Assembly (NCBI GenBank): GCA_003345545.1
Contig: PRDH01000050.1
Location: 1 to 16,658 of the forward strand
Reading direction: 5' to 3'
Source of the DNA: Candidatus Thorarchaeota archaeon
GTDB lineage: Archaea > Asgardarchaeota > Thorarchaeia > Thorarchaeales > Thorarchaeaceae
Length of the DNA stretch: 16,658 nt
A model generated the notes under the pieces. The model worked only from the letters and a program-made list of their open reading frames with translations. It was not told the origin of the DNA and searched no databases. A program made the translations under genes and the position numbers. This document shows, piece by piece, positions 7,961-15,567 of this stretch (the first letter of the stretch is position 1; the number at the start of each line of letters is the position of its first letter).

Positions 7961-8191
7961 TTGCAGAGAATGGTGATAGGAACAATTGTCGCTGCCAACA
8001 TTAGTGTGATGGGAAAGAAGCACTATGGCTACCTGGGCATCGAAACAGAGGATAATGAACACATCAAAGTGAAAGTGACAGCCTTCACAAAGTATGATAC
8101 GCTTGACCCGGGTGCAAGAGTCGCGATTGAATTGGAGTCTGTGGGTGACACGGAACTCCTGAATGCTACTACAATATCGCTCCAAAAGTAG
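7961..8191 (+). CDS. Small beta-rich (OB-fold-like) hypothetical protein, paralog 2
   Basis: GGTGA SD at 7949-7953 before the TTG; aligns with 7550-7840. Confidence 0.8.
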   Translation: MQRMVIGTIVAANISVMGKKHYGYLGIETEDNEHIKVKVTAFTKYDTLDPGARVAIELESVGDTELLNATTISLQK

Positions 8192-8283
8192 TCCACCACA
8201 AGCGCTTGCCATTCTCAATGCATTTCAGCTAGGCTTTTAGCAGGAAATGACTATTCTTCAGAGCACGTGAGGAATGAATCATT

Positions 8284-8658
8284 ATGCCAAAATTGCCATT
8301 GCGCTACTTCTGTTATGTCTGTGGGCACCAAAACGATTTGATTCTGGAAATGCCTATGGCCCCAAAGATGAGCAGGAACGAGATCATTTGCCCGAAATGT
8401 GGAGATACCACCAACCTACTGCTCACTGCATGTCCACACTGCAAGAACGCATTCAAGTATTTCCTGTCGGATTTCGACTTCCCTCATGAGCTGACTACAT
8501 TAGCAGGAGCATATGTGAAGCTAATCAGCGGCATCAAGAACGGCCTCTCCGAAGTAGTCAAGGAATTCAATGTGCCTTTACCGAAACGATGGTCAGTCAA
8601 ACTTGACTGCCAGTGCGGAAAGGATTACACAGTCGAAATTCCGCTGCCTCAGATGTAG
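8284..8658 (+). CDS. Double zinc-ribbon protein
   Basis: Four Cys pairs: CYVC, CPKC, CPHC and CQC; GAGGA SD upstream. Confidence 0.85.
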   Translation: MPKLPLRYFCYVCGHQNDLILEMPMAPKMSRNEIICPKCGDTTNLLLTACPHCKNAFKYFLSDFDFPHELTTLAGAYVKLISGIKNGLSEVVKEFNVPLPKRWSVKLDCQCGKDYTVEIPLPQM

Positions 8659-8878
8659 GTTCGGGTAATCATCCAACATTGATTTCCTAGTCAGGATGGA
8701 CGGGGCATTTCATTGAGCTGGCGAGAATACAATACCAGTGCGCGCGCTCAGTCGCATTTTTCCGAATCCCCTATTTCCGATTTTTACAAATTGATCGGAT
8801 TATTCTGCATATTGCCACACGCCGTAGTTGACGCAAATAGATATTCATTTGCGTACTCAGTGATGTTGGTGAAAACAA

Positions 8879-8998
8879 TTGGCATTGGCAAAAAGAGTTA
8901 GGAAGGAAACTGTTGTCAACGAAGCTCATCTCGGCCGGTTCAATAACTTCAAGGGCGATGTTCGTACCGAGATCTATCGGGCCTCATTCAGAAGGTAG
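8879..8998 (+). CDS. Putative 39-aa basic micro-protein (MALAKRVRKETVVNEAHLGRFNNFKGDVRTEIYRASFRR)
   Basis: Below the ORF-track cutoff. GGTGA SD at 8868-8872, 6 nt before the TTG. Lies in an otherwise empty ~450-bp gap; a hairpin AGGTAGA...TCTACCT (8993-9018) spans the stop. Confidence 0.55.
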   Translation: MALAKRVRKETVVNEAHLGRFNNFKGDVRTEIYRASFRR

Positions 8999-9113
8999 AA
9001 TGCCTCTATTCTCTACCTAGGACCAGACCTACGATCGCATGCAAGCTGAACTGCGTGTAGCATTCCGCTTCTTGAGGGATGCGAGCCGTACCAAGATGCG
9101 GAGATTCAATGTA

Positions 9114-9803
9114 TCATTTTCTCATTGTAGCTATGGGACGGAACATCTTACCATAAACAATGAAGTAATGACGTAGTATCGATTCATCATCTGCTTTCAG
9201 GCTAGATTCGATGATTTCTCCTTCCGAGCAATCGGAAACACGAACAGCCTTTGATAGCCACTTTCGACTGAATCCGAATCTCATACTGATTCCGGTGATT
9301 TGCGCATTGTGCGACCCTTCGCTGTTCGGAACTGCAATAACCTCCAAAGGAGCCTCATCTTCAACCAATCGACCTCGTCGTTTCAAGACATTCCGTAGAA
9401 CTTCCTTCTCAAGAGAAGTGGGACTGCGGTTATGATGGTCAGCATAGAAGTCCTCGATGAAATCCCCCTGTGGATCAGGCTCTTGCTCTCGCTTTCTCAT
9501 CCTTTCTTCCACATGTTCCGGAATTACACTAGGGCCATCAGGAATTGGCTCCACGAATGGCCAGCCTAATTCGTCGGCAATGCTCTTCTCATACTTGAGA
9601 CCAATGCCGTCGATGGAGAACTCGTTGCGACAGAGCACACATTCGAGTTTAGTGATGGTGAATCCTGCCGAACTACTGCTGTGCTCGCTCCGACCCACAT
9701 AGAGCTCCTCTTCACCGATGGCATACAATGAACCTCCACAATTAGGACAGAAGAGCTCAAAGAGTATGGGTCGTTTGTCCGGGATTCGATTCCTGTCATT
9801 CAT
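9114..9803 (-). CDS. Hypothetical protein with an N-terminal zinc ribbon
   Basis: CPNC...CVLC. Start placed at ATG 9803 (MNDRNRIP) because the extension to 9902 looks non-coding; this is uncertain. Confidence 0.75.
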   Translation of the reverse strand: MNDRNRIPDKRPILFELFCPNCGGSLYAIGEEELYVGRSEHSSSSAGFTITKLECVLCRNEFSIDGIGLKYEKSIADELGWPFVEPIPDGPSVIPEHVEERMRKREQEPDPQGDFIEDFYADHHNRSPTSLEKEVLRNVLKRRGRLVEDEAPLEVIAVPNSEGSHNAQITGISMRFGFSRKWLSKAVRVSDCSEGEIIESSLKADDESILRHYFIVYGKMFRPIATMRK

Positions 9804-9912
9804 CGCCAAGCCCTCTGAGGCATCATTCGTGCACCTTCTGAGGTGCACCAATATGAGCGTTTTGTCTTCCGGTAGAGAGCAAATACTCACTCTCAGGGGC
9901 ATTTGCTACGGG

Positions 9913-9962
9913 CAGGAAAAAGAAAAGTCAGGAGTTGACAGGAAAAAGAATCCATCAACTCC
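9913..9962 (-). terminator. Terminator of the MBL-fold hydrolase gene
   Basis: Minus strand reads GGAGTTGA-(16 nt)-TCAACTCC followed by CTTTTCTTTTT. The 12-mer TTCTTTTTCCTG occurs twice. Confidence 0.6.
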
Positions 9963-9979
9963 CAGTACATTGTTAGTGA

Positions 9980-10759
9980 CTATGGCTCAAAGACGTAGGA
10001 CGCAAAGTGTTCTAGCCAGAAAGGGTGGCATTCAGTAACTTCTGCAATCTCATCCTCGTAGGCATTTATGAACAGCTCGGCATCCAAATCCGACGCATGA
10101 ACTGGAATGAAGTGCCCTGGTTGTAGTTTATCAATCGCATCAACAACCTCCATTCCCGTCATTGATTGACATCCAGGTCCAAGAGGAAGAAGAGCAACAT
10201 CGATGGTTCCGTTCAGTTGGTTGTATTCTATTATATTCTTAGAATCACCTGCATGAAAGATTGTAAACCCGTTGATGTCTATGATATAGCTTGTCCAATT
10301 GGCTTCCCTAGGATGACTGGCTACATATCCCTCAGGAGCAGTGGTGTACATGTAGAATGCAGTGATGTTGATATCACCAACAAGAACACTGTCTCCAGGA
10401 ACGACCCCGACAGCGCCGTACTCAGTCACTTCGGCGGACATATTCGATGGCATGATAATCTCAGTATCTTCCTTCAGAAGCAAGTCAATGATAGTTCCAT
10501 CGAAATGATCCCCATGAGGATGTGTAATCAATACTGCATCTGCTGGGAGTTCAGAGTAGTTGGAGGGCAAATCTATGGGATCAATGTAGATTCGCATCCC
10601 ATCAGCCTCTATCATCACACCAGCATTCTCGAGCAGTGTGAGCTTTATTGTGCCACCAGTAGTTGGCAAGAACTGGGTCACTAGCACGATGGAGCCAATC
10701 GCAGCAACGCCAAGAATGGCGACGAGAGCAACGACCTGGACCTTACTTGCAGAGCTCAT
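9980..10759 (-). CDS. MBL-fold metallo-hydrolase (UlaG-like) with an N-terminal membrane anchor/signal
   Basis: IYIDP, LITHPHGDH (HxHxDH), IFHAGDS, DVALLP and FIPVH; hydrophobic N-terminus; acidic mature domain. Confidence 0.92.
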   Translation of the reverse strand: MSSASKVQVVALVAILGVAAIGSIVLVTQFLPTTGGTIKLTLLENAGVMIEADGMRIYIDPIDLPSNYSELPADAVLITHPHGDHFDGTIIDLLLKEDTEIIMPSNMSAEVTEYGAVGVVPGDSVLVGDINITAFYMYTTAPEGYVASHPREANWTSYIIDINGFTIFHAGDSKNIIEYNQLNGTIDVALLPLGPGCQSMTGMEVVDAIDKLQPGHFIPVHASDLDAELFINAYEDEIAEVTECHPFWLEHFASYVFEP

Positions 10760-10888
10760 AGCCTCATCTGCGGTATGTTGGTTAGTATTTAAGATGAGGT
10801 TCGACGCAGCTTACTGTTACGATTCTACAAGCGGTTGCCGTCTCTTCGAGATAGTGCTCATGCCTTCCAATGAAACCTCTACCGAGAT

Positions 10889-11746
10889 TCAGTCGTCAAT
10901 GATTGGAGGGCCATCTCTGATTCTGATTCGGAGTTCTTTAAGCCCTGCACGCAGGCCGTGAATATCCTCAAGCCACCAGTTTGCTCCGGTCTGTAACCAG
11001 GGTCTGACCATCTCAGCGTCTTTGCGTGAGTCTTTTCCAGAAGTCTCACCGCTGATAACGACATCATAGTTGTCCAGATTTCCTCTCTTATCTCGGATAA
11101 TATCAAGTATGTCATGGAGATTTCTTGGAGTGATTTTCTCAGGCCATCTTGAGTGGATAGGTACCACACCATCAAAATGAGCAGCTCTTCGGAACGGAGC
11201 CTTGAAAGGCACACTACCGCCAACCCAAATCGGAATGCGCGGAGTCTGCTTTGGCTTGGGAAGAAATGTCATTCTCGTGAGATGGTAGTGTGTCCCGTTG
11301 TACGAGAAGGGTTCACCAGACCACAATCCAGTGATGATATCGAGGCTCTCGTCAAGCTTCTGTGCTCGGATCTTGGCGTCACTCTCCTCGCCAAAATAGC
11401 CGAACTCAACATCTGAGGGGGAACCAATTCCGACGCCCAGAATAAGACGTCCTTTTGATAGATGATCGAGTGAAAGAGCCTCTCTTGCTATTTTCCAAGG
11501 TCTCCTTCTGGGTAGTGGTGTAATTAATGGGCCCAGGCGTATCCGCTTCGTGTTACATGCTATCGCGGTCAATGCAATCCACGGATCAGCAAAAGGCTCC
11601 ACCATATCCTCTTGCTTAAACACAAGTAGATGGTCCCAGAGAAAGAACCCATCCCATCCGCTATCTTCGACCTCGGTGCCAAACTCGACAAGTGTGTCGA
11701 TGTCGCCGAACCAGCCAAAGTTGGGAATATTGATCCCGTACTTCAT
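10889..11746 (-). CDS. LLM-class (luciferase-like) flavin/F420-dependent oxidoreductase
   Basis: GWDGFFLWDH, DPWIALTAIA, RIRLG, LDHLSKGRLILGVG and PIWVGG. The GAGGAG SD favours ATG 11746 over GTG 11752. Confidence 0.93.
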   Translation of the reverse strand: MKYGINIPNFGWFGDIDTLVEFGTEVEDSGWDGFFLWDHLLVFKQEDMVEPFADPWIALTAIACNTKRIRLGPLITPLPRRRPWKIAREALSLDHLSKGRLILGVGIGSPSDVEFGYFGEESDAKIRAQKLDESLDIITGLWSGEPFSYNGTHYHLTRMTFLPKPKQTPRIPIWVGGSVPFKAPFRRAAHFDGVVPIHSRWPEKITPRNLHDILDIIRDKRGNLDNYDVVISGETSGKDSRKDAEMVRPWLQTGANWWLEDIHGLRAGLKELRIRIRDGPPIIDD

Positions 11747-11926
11747 TATCACTCCTCAGCCATGGAACTTGCTTTACAGCCAAGATATGATGAATTCCCT
11801 CGCAAATTGTGAGTGAAAGCAAAGCACTGTGCCTTATACAATGGAGCGCAAGTGACTGCGGAATGCGGTTTCATCAGTGAGCCTCAAGCTTATGAGAGAG
11901 AAGGCCTAATCATCAGCAGGGTCAGA

Positions 11927-12262
11927 ATGTTGGACGCAAAGGAGTGGTTTGAACGAGGACAGCAAGCTATGATGGCAGGTCGAATAGAAGAGGCGATTGA
12001 GGCCTTCGACCAATCGACGAGTCTGAATCCATCCTCCTTTGATGCTTGGTGGTCCCTGGCCAATGCCTGCAATCTATTGGGTTCGCAGATTGAGGGCGAG
12101 GGAAACTACTCCAGAGCCAATCTGTATAAGATAAAGGCCGCCTACTCGTTTGATAGGGCCACGAGAGCAGACCCAGCCGATGCGAAGGTAGCCAAAGCGA
12201 AAGCCTTTGCAGAAACCATTCGCGAGGTACAAAAACGGAAGAAGGAACAGGGACTCTTCTAG
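11927..12262 (+). CDS. Tetratricopeptide-repeat protein
   Basis: TPR pattern AKEWFERG...GRIEEAIEAFDQSTSLNP, AWWSLA and FDRATRADP. The likely start is ATG 11927. Confidence 0.85.
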   Translation: MLDAKEWFERGQQAMMAGRIEEAIEAFDQSTSLNPSSFDAWWSLANACNLLGSQIEGEGNYSRANLYKIKAAYSFDRATRADPADAKVAKAKAFAETIREVQKRKKEQGLF

Positions 12263-12279
12263 TCCCCTCCAAAAAGCGA

Positions 12280-12609
12280 CTACTTCACGCCTAGCAATTC
12301 GACCTCAAAGATCAGTGTTGAGTTCGGGGGTATCAACCCATCGCCAACATTTCGCGACCCATAGGCAAGTTGTGGAGGAATCGTCAATCTTCTCTTTCCC
12401 CCAATCTTCATTGACATGACGCCTTGGTCCCAACCTTGAATGACCTGACCAACGCCAATCCGAAATTCAAAGGGCTTACCTCTATCGACAGAGCTGTCGA
12501 ATTTTCTCCCATTCGTGAGCCAACCAGTGTAATGAACTATGACTGTCTTGCCTCTTGTTGGAGAGGCACCAGTTCCAACAACGATTTCATCAATCTTCAA
12601 GTCTGCCAT
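12280..12609 (-). CDS. FKBP-type peptidyl-prolyl cis-trans isomerase (single short domain)
   Basis: VHYTGWL, KFDSS, VIQGWDQG, IPPQLAYG and IPPNSTLIFEVELL. Confidence 0.97.
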   Translation of the reverse strand: MADLKIDEIVVGTGASPTRGKTVIVHYTGWLTNGRKFDSSVDRGKPFEFRIGVGQVIQGWDQGVMSMKIGGKRRLTIPPQLAYGSRNVGDGLIPPNSTLIFEVELLGVK

Positions 12610-12656
12610 GTGGTTCGCTCGCTTAGGCGTTTATTAAAGATTACACGTTCCAATCC

Positions 12657-14153
12657 TCAATGCAGAAAAGCTCGATGGCCGGACCAAACGAGAGAGATAC
12701 CGGCCTCATCTGCGGCCTCGACCGATTCATTGTCTCGTATTGATCCGCTGGGTGCGATAATCGCAACGACACCCTCTTTCACCGCGGCATCAATGGAGTC
12801 ACGATATGGAAAGAAGCCATCTGAGGCCATCACTGCTCCCTCTGCATGTCGCCCTGCTCGTCTCAGTGCCAGTTCGACTGCGCCAATTCTGGAGGGCTGC
12901 CCCATCCCAATACCAAGGGTCCCTTCACCTCTACTTATCACAGCGGCATTGGACTTTACATACTTGACGACCTTCCAAGCGAAGAGAAGATCTTTCAGTT
13001 GCTGAGCGGAAGGTGACTTCTTTGAAGCGACCTTCAAGTCTTTCTTTGAGATGATGTGGCTGTCTCTCTCTTGAACTAGAACACCATTGGGAACAAGTCT
13101 TAGAGATAGCTCGGGAATCCTGGTATCATCGAAGGTGCAGAGTATGAGCTTGGGCTTCTTGGTAAGAGTCTGAAACGAACCTTCGTCATATGCGGGGGCA
13201 ATTATCGCGTCAACAAACACTGCATGAAGTTTCGAGGCAAGACTCTCCGTTACTGGCTGGTTGAAACCTACGACGGAACCAAACGCAGAGAGGGTGTCAG
13301 TCGCGAGTGCACGGTCGTAGGCAGTCTCAACATCATCAGCGGAGGCAAATCCGCAGGGACTGGTGTGTTTGATTATCGCACACGATGGTCGCTTATGATC
13401 TGACAAGGCACCGATTGCCGCATAGAAGTCCGCCACATTGTTGAATGAAACACTCCTTCCGTGGACCTGTCTGTAGAATGGCTGTTTGCCACGTGTGAGA
13501 TAGTATCTGGCCTCTTGATGTGAATTCTCCCCATATCGCAGGACCTGGGGATTCTCGAAGGCTAGCAGAAAATCAGGGGGAAAAAGCTCATCAGAGGAGA
13601 GATACCGGTTTATTGCCGCGTCGTATCTGGCAGTCTCTGCAAACGCCTTCCGGGCAAGGTTCTTTCGAAGTTCCGGGGATACATCATCGGCAGTGATTGC
13701 CTCTGCAACTGTGGTGTAGTCATCTTGAGATGAAACGACTATGACCTCTCGGTAGTTCTTTGCAGCAGCTCGAAGAAGCGTCACTCCCCCGATGTCTATG
13801 TTCTCGAGTGCATCCATGAAATCATGCGGTTTCGAGATGACCTGCTCAAACGGATACAGGTTGACGACCACAAGTCCAAATGGCTGTATTCCCAGTTTCT
13901 CCAGTTCCTTCTGTTGTTCTTCTGTTCCGAGGATGCCGCCTAGAACCACAGGGTGAAGCGTCTTTACTCGTCCGTCCAGTATTTCGGGATAGCTCGTCAG
14001 GCTCGAAACTGTCTTGACAGGGATTTTGGCCGTCGCTAGGAGTGTTGCAGTCTTACCAGTGCTGATGAACTGATAATGTGGGGATACTCTTCTGCAGAAG
14101 TCAACTATTCCTTCCTTGTCAAAGATGCTGATGATTCCTAGACTTCTCTCCAA
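12657..14153 (-). CDS. purH: Bifunctional AICAR formyltransferase / IMP cyclohydrolase
   Basis: STGKTA, GRVKTLHP, VVVNLYPF, ENIDIGG, RAAAKN, LRYGENSHQ, IKHTSPCG, VKSNA, ASDGFFP, and C-terminal RAFLH. Confidence 0.97.
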   Translation of the reverse strand: MERSLGIISIFDKEGIVDFCRRVSPHYQFISTGKTATLLATAKIPVKTVSSLTSYPEILDGRVKTLHPVVLGGILGTEEQQKELEKLGIQPFGLVVVNLYPFEQVISKPHDFMDALENIDIGGVTLLRAAAKNYREVIVVSSQDDYTTVAEAITADDVSPELRKNLARKAFAETARYDAAINRYLSSDELFPPDFLLAFENPQVLRYGENSHQEARYYLTRGKQPFYRQVHGRSVSFNNVADFYAAIGALSDHKRPSCAIIKHTSPCGFASADDVETAYDRALATDTLSAFGSVVGFNQPVTESLASKLHAVFVDAIIAPAYDEGSFQTLTKKPKLILCTFDDTRIPELSLRLVPNGVLVQERDSHIISKKDLKVASKKSPSAQQLKDLLFAWKVVKYVKSNAAVISRGEGTLGIGMGQPSRIGAVELALRRAGRHAEGAVMASDGFFPYRDSIDAAVKEGVVAIIAPSGSIRDNESVEAADEAGISLVWSGHRAFLH

Positions 14154-14240
14154 TAGACAACACCGTCAATGTATGTTGAACTGCAATCTTCTGCGTGAGT
14201 CCACGCCCAACAGCAGCCGCTCTTCAGTTCGCCTGAAACC

Positions 14241-14249
14241 GATAAAAAA
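14241..14249 (-). promoter_or_regulatory. Putative TATA box of purH
   Basis: TTTTTTATC on the minus strand about 90 bp upstream of the TTG start, implying a ~65-nt leader. Confidence 0.45.
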
Positions 14250-14345
14250 CCATTGATGGAATGAACCTCTGGCTATACACCTCTGTTTCCCAAACGGACT
14301 CTCATGGCTCAGCATGAGTCGGATATGGCAGGTCATTCATCACTG

Positions 14346-15563
14346 CTAGCTGACAGCTCTAGCTAGATTGAGCATAGTCTCACGTTCCATATCACTGACC
14401 TCCCCTAGAAGACTCTGTACCCGAGGGACAAACTCGACGAAATGAGGAATCTCAGACTTTGCTGCCTCATCAAGCAAGGAGGGAACCCTCTCTGCCAGTT
14501 TTCGCGCTCGAGCAAGTGCCTTGACACCCTTTGATTCAAACTCCTCATTGACTGTCCACTGTATCTTTCTGAGTTCAGCTAGTGCCGGCATCTCATCAGG
14601 CAAGAGAGCGCAGGCAATATCCTTCCAGAGGCGGACTATCTCTTCAAACTTCTCGCCAGCCTTGAGAATACGATCATTCTTCATGATTAGACCTGCCTCT
14701 TCCAAGAAATCTCTGTAGATCTGTCTGAAGATTGCGCCCCCGGACCCGCCAGTCTCGATGTAGACATAATGCATTACGAGTGCATGTGCTAAGTTTCTAG
14801 GTTCAGGGATGATCTTCGGATACTTGCTGAGTTCAACACTCCACTTTCTGATCCCCTTGACTCCCACATTCGAGATGGGAGGGTTGAGGAGCGCATTCAC
14901 ATTCTCCTGTATAGCGGCGGGGATGACCTCTCTCACAGGAGTAAGTTTCGTCGGAAATGAGAATCGGACCATCTGGTTCATGGCCGGAAATGGTCTGTAC
15001 TCAGATGCACGGGCCTTCTGCAGTTGAGCAAGGCTCATGGTTACTATGCCATCAAAGCGGTCGGAGATATAGGCAAGATCCTGTGGCTCATCAATTCCGT
15101 AGACCAGGAAGTTGTGCTCTCCAAAATGATCCTCCTCGCCCGTGAGTAGGTGCTCGAGATATGCCATGTCAACACAGACAAGTGCTGGCTGGTTATGCTC
15201 AAGTGTGTCCTTGAGGAACAGATGCGCCTTTGCGACATTCTTTGTCAAGATAGACTCAAAGTCACCGCCAAGCCGTCGCGCAGCCTTTCCAAGAATGCCT
15301 GGGAACTGACGACAGTCAGCTCGATTCATACCACCAACGATGGGATATGGCATGTTCTTCATGAACCAGTAGATGAATCCCAGCCCTGCAGAGATTCCGA
15401 CAAGCATTGGCTCACTAATGTCATATCCCATATGGTGCATCAGACGGACCATTGAACTCGTCTGGCAGTTCTTCCCGCCACCGAAGTGCTCAAAGTCCAG
15501 AACTATTCTGTCGGTGCCAATTCCAGCTGGCACGAACGCTTTCTTGCGTCTTTTCTGTGACAA
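14346..15563 (-). CDS. BtrH N-terminal domain / DUF4872 protein (papain-like Cys-His fold)
   Basis: HFGGGKNCQTSS, ISEPMLVGISAGLGFIY, VDMAYL, HFGEH.FLVYGID, ISDR, LQKARAS and TGGSGGAIFR.IY.DFLEEA. Confidence 0.88.
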   Translation of the reverse strand: MSQKRRKKAFVPAGIGTDRIVLDFEHFGGGKNCQTSSMVRLMHHMGYDISEPMLVGISAGLGFIYWFMKNMPYPIVGGMNRADCRQFPGILGKAARRLGGDFESILTKNVAKAHLFLKDTLEHNQPALVCVDMAYLEHLLTGEEDHFGEHNFLVYGIDEPQDLAYISDRFDGIVTMSLAQLQKARASEYRPFPAMNQMVRFSFPTKLTPVREVIPAAIQENVNALLNPPISNVGVKGIRKWSVELSKYPKIIPEPRNLAHALVMHYVYIETGGSGGAIFRQIYRDFLEEAGLIMKNDRILKAGEKFEEIVRLWKDIACALLPDEMPALAELRKIQWTVNEEFESKGVKALARARKLAERVPSLLDEAAKSEIPHFVEFVPRVQSLLGEVSDMERETMLNLARAVS

Positions 15564-15567
15564 TATT

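Noticed and set aside
8713-8901. 62-aa ORF from the track
   Set aside because: It has no SD, covers the dyad-rich region, and overlaps the better-supported ORF at 8879.
11852-11916. Hammerhead-like CTGATGA...GAAAC...GTC and C/D-box-like words on the minus strand
   Set aside because: Stems I and II do not pair, and C/D box spacing and terminal boxes do not fit.
1040-12711. Recurring 8-mer AGATGAGG/CCTCATCT at several positions
   Set aside because: Some copies are inside coding regions and the motif overlaps SD-like GAGG; it is a post-hoc pattern without support as a regulon motif.
10166-13005. Longer antisense ORFs (10166-10684, 12424-13005 and similar)
   Set aside because: They lie opposite well-supported genes and have no recognisable motifs.
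14254-14342. SECIS-like AUGA/GA element after the BtrH-like gene
   Set aside because: The helix next to the putative core does not pair and the upstream gene has no in-frame TGA.
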